A DNA stretch of 64,000 bases from an uncultured Anaerolineales bacterium (GCA_964480865.1 CAYZRP010000006.1:4064-68063), one strand, 5' to 3'; shown: positions 27,546 through 37,128, counted from the first letter of the stretch. Made by a program: numbers and translations. The notes: generated from the letters alone by a model not told the origin.

Positions 27546-28217
27546 ATGAACGGGCGTCTGACTCGCTGGCTGGGGTGGCTCCTGCTTGGCATCATCGGCG
27601 TTGGCGTGCTCTGGCGTTGGGCCAGCCGTCAGCGCTCACTCCCCTTTCCCAGCTGGCTGGCCGTATTGATCAACAACCCGCTCGCCGATTGGCTCGGCGG
27701 CACAACGACGACGCTGGACCGTATTGGCCTGCGCCCGGGCGATCACGGCCTGGATGTAGGTTGCGGCCCCGGCCGGCTCAGCCTGCCGGCGGCCCGACGC
27801 GTTGGGCCCGAGGGCGCGATCACGGCGCTGGACGTGCAGGAGGGGATGGTGGCCCGTGTGCGCCGACGGGCCGCCGAGCTCGGTCTCACGAATATCCGCA
27901 CGCTGTGCGGCGATTGCACTGAGCCGGGTCTGCTGCCTGAGGACACGTTCGACCGCGCCTGGTTGGTGACGGTGTTGGGCGAGATCCCGGATCAGGTGGC
28001 TGCCCTGCGCCAGATCTATGAGGCGCTGAGGCCCGGCGGGACCCTGGCCGTGGCCGAGGTCTTTGGCATCGACCCACACTATCAAAGTCCCCAAACGGTG
28101 CTACGTCTGGGTCTGGCTGCAGGCTTCGAGCCAGGCGCAAGGCTCGGTCCCTGGTGGTTCTTCACGCAGCGGTTAACCAAGCCGCTGAGGATCGTGGAAG
28201 GGCATCTGGATGTCTGA
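27546..28217 (+). CDS. class I SAM-dependent methyltransferase with N-terminal TM helix
   Basis: Motif I LDVGCGPGRLS, followed by post-I and post-II acidic residues. Confidence 0.75.
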   Translation: MNGRLTRWLGWLLLGIIGVGVLWRWASRQRSLPFPSWLAVLINNPLADWLGGTTTTLDRIGLRPGDHGLDVGCGPGRLSLPAARRVGPEGAITALDVQEGMVARVRRRAAELGLTNIRTLCGDCTEPGLLPEDTFDRAWLVTVLGEIPDQVAALRQIYEALRPGGTLAVAEVFGIDPHYQSPQTVLRLGLAAGFEPGARLGPWWFFTQRLTKPLRIVEGHLDV

Positions 28218-29352
28218 ACCCGACACGCGCAGCGCTCGCCTCCGCGAGGTCATCGGGCTGTTTCTCAAGCTCGGTGCGACGGCCTTCGGTGGACCCGCGG
28301 CACACATCGCTCTGATGCGGGACGAGGTGGTGCGGCGTCGGCGTTGGATCGATGATCAGCACTTCCTCGACCTTCTGGGCGCCACCAACCTGATCCCGGG
28401 GCCGAACTCGACCGAGATGGCGATCCACCTGGGCTACCTGCGCGCCGGCTGGCCCGGGCTGATCGCGGCTGGTGTGAGTTTCATCGCGCCCGCGATGCTG
28501 ATCGTGCTGGCCCTGGCCTGGGCGTACGCCACCTACGGCACGACGCCGGCGGCCGGCGGCCTGCTGTACGGCATCAAGCCGGTGGTGATCGCGATCGTGG
28601 CGCAGGCGCTCTGGGAGCTTGGCCGAAAAGCCGTAAAGGGGCCGCTCACGGCCATCGTCGGCGCGACCGCCCTGATCCTCTATCTGCTTGGCCAGAATGA
28701 GATCGCGCTCCTGGTGGCCGGAGGCCTGGCCGTGATGCTGATCGCCAATCGCGACCGATGGCGGCGAACGCCGCTCAGGGTCGTGGCCCCGCTAGGGCTT
28801 GTGGTGGCGCCGCTGGCCGCTGAGCCGTTCGGGCTGGCGCCATTGTTCTGGATCTTCCTCAAGATCGGGTCGGTGCTGTATGGCAGCGGCTACGTGTTGC
28901 TGGCGTTTCTGCGCGCCGACTTTGTCGTTCGGCTCGGCTGGCTGACCGACGCGCAGCTGATCGACGCCATCTCGATCGGCCAGGTCACGCCAGGCCCGGT
29001 GTTCACCACCGCGACCTTCGTCGGCTATCTGTTGGGCGGTGTGCCGGGCGCCTTGCTCGCGACGCTCGGCATTTTCCTGCCCTCCTTTGTGTTCGTGGCC
29101 ATCAGCAACCCGTTTGTGGCCAGGCTGCGCAACTCGCCCTGGACGTCGGCGTTGCTCGATGGCGTGAATGTCGCCTCGCTGGGGTTAATGGCGGGCGTCA
29201 CGCTCGAGCTCGGTCAGGCGGCGCTGGTGGACCCGCTCACGGTTGTCATCCTGGTGGCCACGGGCGTGGCGCTGGTCCGCTTCAAGCTCAACGCGACCTG
29301 GCTGGTGCTGGCTGGTGGGGTGGTGGGGTTTGTGAAGATGGCGGTGGGCTGA
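28210..29352 (+). CDS. chrA: chromate transporter (CHR family)
   Basis: FGGPAAHIALMRDEVVRRRRWI and GQVTPGPVFTTATFVGY are CHR-family signatures. Duplicated 2x ~190-aa architecture. Confidence 0.85.
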   Translation: MSEPDTRSARLREVIGLFLKLGATAFGGPAAHIALMRDEVVRRRRWIDDQHFLDLLGATNLIPGPNSTEMAIHLGYLRAGWPGLIAAGVSFIAPAMLIVLALAWAYATYGTTPAAGGLLYGIKPVVIAIVAQALWELGRKAVKGPLTAIVGATALILYLLGQNEIALLVAGGLAVMLIANRDRWRRTPLRVVAPLGLVVAPLAAEPFGLAPLFWIFLKIGSVLYGSGYVLLAFLRADFVVRLGWLTDAQLIDAISIGQVTPGPVFTTATFVGYLLGGVPGALLATLGIFLPSFVFVAISNPFVARLRNSPWTSALLDGVNVASLGLMAGVTLELGQAALVDPLTVVILVATGVALVRFKLNATWLVLAGGVVGFVKMAVG

Positions 29353-29410
29353 TCGCGAGGCACGGTAGGGGCAAGTTCCCACCGTGCCTCGGCTCGCCGC
29401 AACACGATGT

Positions 29411-30223
29411 ATGGCGATCGACATCCAGGGTCTGTGGGATTTTGAACAGCCGGCCCTCAGCGAGGCGCGTTTTCGCGCGGCGCTGGCCGACGCCTCCGCC
29501 GAGGAGCGCCTCATCTTGCAGACGCAGATCGCGCGTTCCTATGTCCTCCGTGGCGATCTGGCCCGGGCCATGGGAATCCTCGAGTCCATGGCGGACGAGA
29601 TCGTGGCGGCCGGCGTCGAAGCCCAGGTGCGCTATGAACTGGAGCGTGGACGCGCGCAGGCCTCTCCCACGCATCCGCCCGAAACCCTGACCTGGCGCGC
29701 CCTCGCCGAGGCTCGCCAGGCCTTCGAGCGCGCGTTCCGGCGGGCCAAGGCGGCGGAACGGGATGCTCTGGCGATCGAGGCACTGCATGGGTGGGCCTTC
29801 ACCGAGACCGACCCTCAACGCCAGCTCGACCTGGAGCAGGATGCGCTCCGGTTCATTGAACATTCCTCGCAGGAAACCGCGCAGCGCTGGGGCTGCGCCA
29901 TCCGGATCGGGATCGCCCAGGCATTGATCAAGCTACAAAGACAGGATGAAGCCATCGCTGAGCTCCAGGCCGCTGCCCTCATCGGAGAACGACTGGGCGC
30001 GACCCCCTGCCCCCATCATGCCCGGTGGCTCCTCGGCTGGATCTACCGGATGATGGGACGGGTGCACGATGCGCTCGAGCTTCAGCTCAGGCTGGAGCAA
30101 GCGGTGTCTTCGCCGTACCTGCGTCGCGCTGTGTTCGATGAGATTGAAAGACTCTATCGGGCCTTGAGCGACGACGAACAGGCGCACCGGTATCGTGCGA
30201 AAGCCCTGGCGCTATCAGATTGA
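29411..30223 (+). CDS. TPR-like helical repeat protein (hypothetical)
   Basis: Helical-repeat composition. The start is ambiguous (alternative start at 29384, ATG at 29411). Confidence 0.5.
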   Translation: MAIDIQGLWDFEQPALSEARFRAALADASAEERLILQTQIARSYVLRGDLARAMGILESMADEIVAAGVEAQVRYELERGRAQASPTHPPETLTWRALAEARQAFERAFRRAKAAERDALAIEALHGWAFTETDPQRQLDLEQDALRFIEHSSQETAQRWGCAIRIGIAQALIKLQRQDEAIAELQAAALIGERLGATPCPHHARWLLGWIYRMMGRVHDALELQLRLEQAVSSPYLRRAVFDEIERLYRALSDDEQAHRYRAKALALSD

Positions 30224-30235
30224 ACGACCCTGGGC

Positions 30236-30457
30236 TTACTTCTTCCAGACGGTTTCAGAGCGCTGCTCATAATGCTCGTACGCCGTGAGAAGGCCCTGCA
30301 ATACCTCGGCTGTGACCTCAAACAGCGCTTGAGCTTTGGGGTCAGTGACCTGACCGGTGTCTTCCCGCACGTGGCCCTGGATCTCGTTCAACATCCGTTT
30401 GATGTTGCCTGTGTGATGCCTGGGGTCTGACGTGTTTGAAGGGGATGTCGACGTCAT
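30236..30457 (-). CDS. hypothetical small protein
   Basis: ATG at 30457 preceded by GGAGGA. 73 aa. No family recognised. Confidence 0.4.
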   Translation of the reverse strand: MTSTSPSNTSDPRHHTGNIKRMLNEIQGHVREDTGQVTDPKAQALFEVTAEVLQGLLTAYEHYEQRSETVWKK

Positions 30458-30774
30458 GGTGTCCTCCACGCAAAGAGATCGGGGATGGAGGCGGCTCAGC
30501 GTCGAGGGCAGGGGCAAGACGGTGATCGGGCACTACTCCAAGTGATGGAAAGCGATTCTATCAATCGCACACGAGAGCGTCCAACTGCGTGAGCGATGTG
30601 GCCGATGCGGGCGGTCTTCTCGCCCAATATCGCCGATGAGAGCGGTGAGCGATACGTTTTGAACACACGTTTTCGTCGAAGCCCTCTGTGGCTGAGGGTG
30701 TGAGTTCGAACCGGCCTTTCCGTCTAGGTGTTCAAACACAGGACGTGGACAACCGGGCCGGCGTGGAGAGCGAC

Positions 30775-33417
30775 ATGGTAGAACAAGGCAGCGCGCCCGC
30801 TGATCAGCGGGTAAGCCCATCCTGGTGGTCACAGCCGGCCGACGAACTCCTTCAAACACTGAGCCTTGATCCGAAACGAGGGCTGTCTCAGGATCAGGTC
30901 GCCCGGAATCGAGAGCTATACGGCAGCAACCACCTCGGCGAAAACGGGCCAACAAGTCTTTGGGTGCTTCTGGGGGAGAGCGTCAAGTCTCCGATGATGG
31001 TGTTACTCCTGGTGATCGCCGGGATCTCGCTTGCGCTCGGGCAGACGCGTGAGGCCGTCGTGATGGCCGTGGTCGTGGCGATGTACGTCGGCATCCATCT
31101 GCTCAACAAGGCCCGATCGGATCGCACGATGGCCCGGCTTCGGGAGGTGCAGGCACAAAAGGCCACAGTGCTGCGCGCTGGAGATCAGCGGGAGGTTGCG
31201 ATCGACGAGGTCGTCGTCGGCGACATCTTGCCGCTGCGTTCGGGCATCCGGATCCCCGCTGACGCTCGGCTGATCGAGTCGGCCGGCCTGATCGTCAGCG
31301 AGAGTGCACTGACCGGCGAGTCGGCACCGGTCCACAAAGAGGCCGTGGCCGAAGTCCCCGAGAAGGCGCCGCTTGCGGAGCGCCCCACCGCGCTCTTCGC
31401 CGGCACGACCGTGCTGGACGGCGATGGCCACGCCCTGGTCATGGCCGTTGGCGCGCAGAGCGAGCTCGGCCAGGTCGCCGGGCTGTCCACACCGCACGAC
31501 AACGAGCCGACCCCGTTGCAGGCGGAAATGAACGATCTGGCACGAACACTGGCGTTTGTGGCCGTCGGAGTCAGCCTGCTGATCCCGTTGGTGGGCGTGC
31601 TGCGCGGCTTTGACCTCCAGCAAATGATCCTGACCTGGCTGTCATTGACGTTCTTGATGGTCCCTGGCCAGCCCCCCATCATCATCGCCCTGGCTCTGGC
31701 CCTGGCTGCTCTGGAACTGGCGCGCCGGCAGGTCATTGTCCGCCGCCTACAGGGCGCCGAGACGTTGGGATCTGTCAACGTCGTGCTCAGCGACAAAACC
31801 GGAACTCTGACACAGAACAAGATGGAGCTCTCCGGCGTCTTGCTGCCCGACGGAAAGCTGATCCAGTTCAACGATCCGACAGAGAGCGACCGCAACCGGC
31901 TGGTGGAGTTCCTGCGTGCGGCGTTGCCGGCCATCCCACAAAACGCGAATGATCCGACCGACCTGGCCATTGTTCAGGCGGCTGATCGGTTGGGCGATGC
32001 CAAACGAACGCAACAGGGCGTCGTAACGAATGCCCTTGGTTTTTCGCGGACCGGAACGTTTCGCAGCCTCGAGTACCGCCAGAACGGCACCGACCAGGTG
32101 TACCTGACCGGCCGGCCCGATTACCTCATTGATCGATCTGAACACTGGATTCAACCTGACCATGGAATGGACGCGGCGCATGCGTGGAGTCCGAAGGATC
32201 GGGCCGCACTGAAGTCGAGGATCACCGAGTTGGCGGGGCAGGGGAATCGAATGGCGGCCTACGCTCTTCGATCGGGACCCGTGGCGGAGGGTGAGCCGCA
32301 AGGGCTCTCGTTCGTGGGCGTGGCGGTGATCAGCGATCCGATCCGTCCCGAAGTCAAGGGTGCCGTACAAAAGCTCAAGGAAGCCGGCGTGCGAACAGTA
32401 ATGGTTACCGGCGATATTCTGGAGACTGCCGCGTCGGTGGCACGCCAGGTGGGTCTGGACGATCGCAAGCCCGTGGCGGGCAGAGACCTGGAGGGCAAGA
32501 GCCAGGAGGAGCTCGAGGCCATTGTTCAAGAGACGGAGGTGTTCGCCCGGATCGCGCCAGATCAGAAACTGAACCTTGCGCAGGCCTGTCAACGGCTGGG
32601 CCAGGTGGTGGCGGTCACCGGTGACGGCATTAACGATGCGCCCGCCTTGACTGCGGCGCACATCGGAATCGCCATGGGCCAGAAAGGAACCGATGTCGCC
32701 CGGGAGGCGGCTGATCTGGTCTTGACCGATGACAATCTCGCGCACTTGCCGGATGGCGTCGCCATCGGACGCAAGGCCTACGACAATTTCCGTAAGGGGA
32801 TCACCTACTATCTATCTGCCAAAGCGATCCTGTTGACGATCTTTGTCGTGCCGATGCTGGCTGGCGTTCCGTTCCCATTGGCACCGATACAGATCATCTT
32901 CACGGAGCTCTTGATGGACCTGGCCTCGTCGACCATTTTCGTCACGGAAGCGGCCGAGCCTGACGTGATGAAACGTAAGCCCCGCACACGAGGCCGTTTT
33001 CTGACGTGGCAGGTCGCCCTCCGGATCTTGCGAAACATGTCGGGGCTGACGATCGCCATTCTGTTGGTCTACTTCGGTTCGCTGGCCCTGGGTCTGGCGA
33101 TCGACAGCGCCCGCACCGCAGCATTTGCGACCTGGCTTCTTGGACACATCGTGCTGGCGCTCAATCTCAAGCAAGACCGGATACCGCTTCTCCGTCAGGG
33201 CCTGCTGTCCAATCGATTCGCTGCCGCCTGGCTGGCGGGGATGAGCGTCCTTGTCGTCGTCATGACCCTGTTCCCCGGGGCTCAGTCTGTGTTTCAGACC
33301 ACGAGCCTGGAACCCATCCAGTGGGGCATGGTGATTGCCGCCGCTTTGCTGGGGAGCATGTGGATGGAGATCCTCAAGTGGTTACGGCAAGATCGGAATG
33401 ACCACGTAGCCCGTTGA
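30775..33417 (+). CDS. P-type cation ATPase (P2/P3-like architecture) with non-canonical TM4 motif PGQPP
   Basis: ATG at 30775 preceded by GGAGAG. Cation_ATPase_N-like N-terminus. DKTGTLT, TGD and VTGDGINDAPAL motifs. TM4 reads MVPGQPPII where PEGLP is expected. Confidence 0.85.
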   Translation: MVEQGSAPADQRVSPSWWSQPADELLQTLSLDPKRGLSQDQVARNRELYGSNHLGENGPTSLWVLLGESVKSPMMVLLLVIAGISLALGQTREAVVMAVVVAMYVGIHLLNKARSDRTMARLREVQAQKATVLRAGDQREVAIDEVVVGDILPLRSGIRIPADARLIESAGLIVSESALTGESAPVHKEAVAEVPEKAPLAERPTALFAGTTVLDGDGHALVMAVGAQSELGQVAGLSTPHDNEPTPLQAEMNDLARTLAFVAVGVSLLIPLVGVLRGFDLQQMILTWLSLTFLMVPGQPPIIIALALALAALELARRQVIVRRLQGAETLGSVNVVLSDKTGTLTQNKMELSGVLLPDGKLIQFNDPTESDRNRLVEFLRAALPAIPQNANDPTDLAIVQAADRLGDAKRTQQGVVTNALGFSRTGTFRSLEYRQNGTDQVYLTGRPDYLIDRSEHWIQPDHGMDAAHAWSPKDRAALKSRITELAGQGNRMAAYALRSGPVAEGEPQGLSFVGVAVISDPIRPEVKGAVQKLKEAGVRTVMVTGDILETAASVARQVGLDDRKPVAGRDLEGKSQEELEAIVQETEVFARIAPDQKLNLAQACQRLGQVVAVTGDGINDAPALTAAHIGIAMGQKGTDVAREAADLVLTDDNLAHLPDGVAIGRKAYDNFRKGITYYLSAKAILLTIFVVPMLAGVPFPLAPIQIIFTELLMDLASSTIFVTEAAEPDVMKRKPRTRGRFLTWQVALRILRNMSGLTIAILLVYFGSLALGLAIDSARTAAFATWLLGHIVLALNLKQDRIPLLRQGLLSNRFAAAWLAGMSVLVVVMTLFPGAQSVFQTTSLEPIQWGMVIAAALLGSMWMEILKWLRQDRNDHVAR

Positions 33418-33585
33418 GTGGCTGTCCCTGGACCTCATCTCGGATGTCGCGAAGCCTCGTGGTTCGCCTCTCGGGTGAATCTGGTACACCGCATTGAAGT
33501 ATGCTCCCGGTGACCCGACTGTTGGACGAGTCGAGAAACCTTGCTGTTCGAGGTGCGCAATTGAGAATCATTCTACAGTCTGACG

Positions 33586-33614
33586 TTGACATGCCCTTGA
33601 AGTAGCCGTACAGT
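33586..33614 (+). promoter_or_regulatory. sigma70-like promoter of sRNA copy B
   Basis: TTGACA (33586-33591), a 17-nt spacer, then TACAGT (33609-33614). Confidence 0.6.
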
Positions 33615-33620
33615 AAGCCC

Positions 33621-33797
33621 CAACAACATCGATTGCCGGGCTCCCCACAACCCCACCTCTCCGGGTTATCCCTGCGCCGTGGCTCTACGGTCTGAAATCG
33701 CGCGGCGACAGGATGGCAACTCATAACCCGGAGGTCGTAGGTTCGAATCCTGCCCCCGCTACTGAAAGGCCGTGATCTTGCGATCGCGGCCTTTTTC
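33621..33797 (+). ncRNA. unclassified small RNA with tRNA-fMet 3'-half tail, copy B
   Basis: Aligns with copy A end to end, with a few substitutions and a 1-nt insertion. The terminator stem 33768-33777/33782-33791 is followed by TTTTT. Confidence 0.7.
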
Positions 33798-33845
33798 TTG
33801 GCCAGCTGTTCTTCTCCACGTTCAGTACGTGCAAAGGCAAGAACC

Positions 33846-34724
33846 CTATAGGCCTTCTTGTTCATCGAGCATTCGGCGAGCCATTCCCAAAGGCTCGCCG
33901 ACGTACGCGTAGATCTTCTCAACGACGGTGGCCAGTGAAGGCGCCTCGAGCCCATTCTTGGTTAAGAACGCCTCCCACTGAGTTGTTCTCTCTGAGTCTG
34001 TCGAGTACTCAGCGGTGAGGCCCAGGGGAGTCGTGGGTGGCAAGGTCGTGGCCCGCCGACGAAACGTCGCCGCGATCGCTGAGGCGATCTCGGTCGGATC
34101 GAGGGTGTTTTCGGCGGCAAGGACGTACAGGTCAAAGTAGTCTTTGAGGCGCGTGTTGGCCATGCCGAAACTGACGATGATCTCAAGTTTCTCGGCGATG
34201 ACGGTGGCACGGGGATACGTCCGCAGTTCGACGGGCGGAAGATCGGGCAATAACGAGGGAAGGCTCGCTTCGACGGGCCCGGGCGTCACGGCATCGCCGA
34301 AGCCAATATCCAGTTGCACCGTGATCCGGGCACTGCCAAGCTTTCCGACGAGCCGGACGCGTAGCCCCTGGTACCGCGATGCCTCACGGATCTCCTCGAT
34401 CCGAGCGGTGGTCGGATCAAAGGTCATTCCATCCGCCGTGTCGACGGCGCAGGCCGCGTGGATCACTCGTTCCAGACTCTGAGCACTCCAATCACCGAGG
34501 CCAAGCAGGTCCGCGTCGCGTGTCGGACGATGAGGGGTATCGAACCACAGTTCAAACAAAAGAGCGCCCTTCAGAAGAAAGGTGTGGCGTTCAGGAAGCT
34601 GTGTGAGACGGTAGAGAAATCGCTCAAGCGCAAACCGTGTCAGAACGAGATTGAAGTCCTCGCGGCGTTGTCGAGCGAGACTCAGCAAACGCGCATGAAT
34701 GGACGCGGCGTTTGGGGTCGTCAT
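33846..34724 (-). CDS. abiEii: AbiEii/AbiGii-family nucleotidyltransferase toxin (DUF1814)
   Basis: ..FALERFLYRL..LLKGALLFELW..RPTRDADLLG.. matches the DUF1814 NTase family. A 4-nt ATGA overlap links it to the upstream antitoxin gene. Confidence 0.85.
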   Translation of the reverse strand: MTTPNAASIHARLLSLARQRREDFNLVLTRFALERFLYRLTQLPERHTFLLKGALLFELWFDTPHRPTRDADLLGLGDWSAQSLERVIHAACAVDTADGMTFDPTTARIEEIREASRYQGLRVRLVGKLGSARITVQLDIGFGDAVTPGPVEASLPSLLPDLPPVELRTYPRATVIAEKLEIIVSFGMANTRLKDYFDLYVLAAENTLDPTEIASAIAATFRRRATTLPPTTPLGLTAEYSTDSERTTQWEAFLTKNGLEAPSLATVVEKIYAYVGEPLGMARRMLDEQEGL

Positions 34725-35320
34725 GCGAGCGACTCCAGGTACGGGCGCATGACATTGGCGACGCGCTGCAGCCTGGCGTATCGCCAGAGGTCATCCAGAC
34801 GAATGTGGCGATCGCGATAGGCCTCACGCAGGGCTTCGATGGCCACCTCAAGCCCGATCTTGTTCCTGAACTTGAAACAGTCCACCACGGTCCGGGCCGG
34901 GTTGGTCAGCCGGATCGTCACGCCATCCACTTTGCGGGCCTCGACTCCCTCCACAAGCGCTTGCGCCGAGAACCGCACCGCGCGGAGCGGGGGATAGGCT
35001 ATGCGAGGCGGGTAATCCTTGTTCGCGATGGCGATCCAGACTTCGTGCGGCGCTTGGGTTGTCAGGTCATGTAGGCGTAGGGCGGTTAGCAGGCAAAAGA
35101 CCACCTCGGGTTTTCGGCCAGCCACCAGTGCGACGGCGCCATGTTCGCCGAGTTGATGGTCCGGAAGCGCATACACGCCACGATCGACGGGGACGAGAAC
35201 GCCTGCGCGTTTCAGGCGCGTGATCTGGCTGCGTGTCAGGCCCTTGGCGACAAGATCTCGGGATCGTGCGGTCCCCTGACGGGCGAGCCAGTTGCGGAGA
35301 GGAGCCGTGAGATCTGTCAT
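34721..35320 (-). CDS. abiEi: AbiEi-family type IV antitoxin / transcriptional autoregulator
   Basis: ATG at 35320 (MTDLTAPLRNWLARQGTARSRDLV..RLKRAGVLVPVDRGVY), an N-terminal wHTH. The track ORF's 36-aa extension runs through the operator palindrome and is rejected. Confidence 0.8.
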   Translation of the reverse strand: MTDLTAPLRNWLARQGTARSRDLVAKGLTRSQITRLKRAGVLVPVDRGVYALPDHQLGEHGAVALVAGRKPEVVFCLLTALRLHDLTTQAPHEVWIAIANKDYPPRIAYPPLRAVRFSAQALVEGVEARKVDGVTIRLTNPARTVVDCFKFRNKIGLEVAIEALREAYRDRHIRLDDLWRYARLQRVANVMRPYLESLA

Positions 35321-35328
35321 AGGGGAAT

Positions 35329-35376
35329 TGTTCCATAGTTTCGGTAAATGCGCAAATTTACCGAAACTATGGAACA
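35329..35376. promoter_or_regulatory. perfect 21-bp inverted repeat (candidate AbiEi operator)
   Basis: TGTTCCATAGTTTCGGTAAAT (35329-35349), spacer GCGCAA, then ATTTACCGAAACTATGGAACA (35356-35376). It begins 9 nt upstream of the abiEi start. Confidence 0.65.
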
Positions 35377-35455
35377 GTTCGATTAAGGCCTTCTCCTGGC
35401 TACATCCCGATTCGCGTAAGGGCTTCAAGACGTGAGCGATCTACTCCTCGGGGCG

Positions 35456-35484
35456 TTGACAATTGGTGGAAGAGGCCGTAGTGT
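35456..35484 (+). promoter_or_regulatory. sigma70-like promoter of sRNA copy C
   Basis: TTGACA (35456-35461), a 17-nt spacer, then TAGTGT (35479-35484). Confidence 0.6.
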
Positions 35485-35490
35485 GTTTGC

Positions 35491-35680
35491 CAACAACATC
35501 GATTGCCGGGCTCCCAACAACCACACCTCTCCGGGTTTTCGCTGCGCCGTGGCTTTACGGTCTGAAGTGCGCGGCGACAGGATGGCAACTCATAACCCGG
35601 AGGTCGTAGGTTCGAATCCTGCCCCCGCCCGAAATACAGAAGGCTCGCCTCTGGATGGAGGCAAGCCTTCTTGTTCGTTC
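35491..35680 (+). ncRNA. unclassified small RNA with tRNA-fMet 3'-half tail, copy C
   Basis: Near-identical to copies A and B up to CCTGCCCCCGC. It then has a different terminator (AAGGCTCGCCTC/GAGGCAAGCCTT, 35640-35669) followed by CTTGTTCGTT. Confidence 0.7.
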
Positions 35681-35793
35681 TCCTGACAGTGTCCAGGGTC
35701 TTGCACCGGAGCTTATTGCCGTTAGTTCTGTTGTCCATCGTGGCCCGTTGCCACACTGTTCTGTGCCAGGCGACGAGGTTGGATAGGCTTGTC

Positions 35794-37086
35794 CTAGGTT
35801 GGCGACAACAGCCAATCGGCAATGGACTGCACATGAATCGTGCCGGCGGACACCGAAATGGGCGCAGCGTTGACATTCGTCAGCAAGAGCCCCGCCGGGA
35901 GGTTCAAGGCCCGCATACCCTCATCCAACGACCGTAGCTCGCGTTCGCGGGTTGTCGGTTGGTCAATCGAAGCGGAAACTTGGATGAGCAGCTTCTTCTC
36001 GGGCACATAGAAGTCCACTTCCTGGCCTGATGGCGCCGCCCAATAGTACACACTCTGTTCGAGTCGCCTCAGCGCCAAAAACACAAGGTTCTCAAGCAAG
36101 TGGCCAGTGTTTGGAGACGCGGCGTAACCAACGGCCTGAGTCAAACCGGTATCAATGGCATAGACTTTTTTGGGCGCGATCTGCTGGCGCCTGACAGATG
36201 GATCATAAACGTTCGTCGTGAGGAGCAGCCAGCTGTTTTCCAGATACTCGATGAAATTCTTGACTGTGTTGACGCTACCGAGTTGCAGCTGCGCTTTCAG
36301 TTTGTTGAAAGAAATTAACCGAGAGGGATTGCTCATCAGGTAGAAAGCCAATTCCTTCAGTTCGCGCACGGCTTCCAATCGATAACGTGTCGCAATGTCG
36401 CGGTAAAGCACGTCTTCATACAAACGGCGTCTCAAATCGATCTCCGGATATCTCAGGAACTCCGGCAAGCCCCCTTGGCGAAGATAATCGGCGAGCAAAC
36501 CCTGCAAGCGGCCTGCATCGGCGGTGGTGCGTGGTGTCGGGAAGGGGGCGTCGACGCCGCGCCAGTGGAGATACTCGCCAAACGAAAACGGAAACAGCTC
36601 GACCTGCTGGTAGCGACCGGTCAAGCGTGTGCCCAGTTCGCCACTCAACAGGGCCGCATTGGAGCCCGTGATGAAGAATTTGTGCCCGAGGTCCATAAAG
36701 CGGCGCACGAATCGCTCCCAACCCGGGATGTTCTGGATCTCATCGACGATGAAGATGCGCCGTTCGCCATAGAGCTCAACCAGGTGTTGATAGAGGTGGG
36801 AAGCGTCATCCGCTTGGAAGCCCAGGAAACGATCGTCTTCGAAGTTGATGTAATAGAAGCGTTCCTCGCCCAACCGGTGAGCGAGCTGGGCCAAGAGCGT
36901 GGACTTGCCGACCCGGCGCAACCCAGAGATGATGACCGCATGCGGGATGGTTTCGGCTTTCATGACTTCACTCAACCGATCGCGCACAAGGCCGACATCT
37001 CTGCTCCAAAAGGCCTGACGCTGTTCAATCAACATGGCTTTGAGTTGATCAGGATCCCATTTGGCTCGCCAATTGTTTTCATTCAT
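35794..37086 (-). CDS. AAA+ ATPase with DUF4143 domain (COG1373-like)
   Basis: Walker A GLRRVGKST and Walker B IFIVDEIQ. C-terminal DUF4143-like region. Confidence 0.8.
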   Translation of the reverse strand: MNENNWRAKWDPDQLKAMLIEQRQAFWSRDVGLVRDRLSEVMKAETIPHAVIISGLRRVGKSTLLAQLAHRLGEERFYYINFEDDRFLGFQADDASHLYQHLVELYGERRIFIVDEIQNIPGWERFVRRFMDLGHKFFITGSNAALLSGELGTRLTGRYQQVELFPFSFGEYLHWRGVDAPFPTPRTTADAGRLQGLLADYLRQGGLPEFLRYPEIDLRRRLYEDVLYRDIATRYRLEAVRELKELAFYLMSNPSRLISFNKLKAQLQLGSVNTVKNFIEYLENSWLLLTTNVYDPSVRRQQIAPKKVYAIDTGLTQAVGYAASPNTGHLLENLVFLALRRLEQSVYYWAAPSGQEVDFYVPEKKLLIQVSASIDQPTTRERELRSLDEGMRALNLPAGLLLTNVNAAPISVSAGTIHVQSIADWLLSPT

Positions 37087-37107
37087 AGTGAAATAATATT
37101 ACAAATA

Positions 37108-37128
37108 GTTTTCATTGTCAATGAAAAC
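37108..37128. promoter_or_regulatory. palindrome GTTTTCATTG-T-CAATGAAAAC upstream of the ATPase gene
   Basis: Perfect 10-bp arms in an AT-rich patch, 22 nt upstream of the 37086 start. Confidence 0.35.

Noticed and set aside
30518-30774. Mg2+ (M-box) or other riboswitch upstream of the P-type ATPase
   Set aside because: No M-box-like conserved segments are present. Only short direct repeats (GTGAGCGAT x2, ACGTTTT x2) of unclear meaning.
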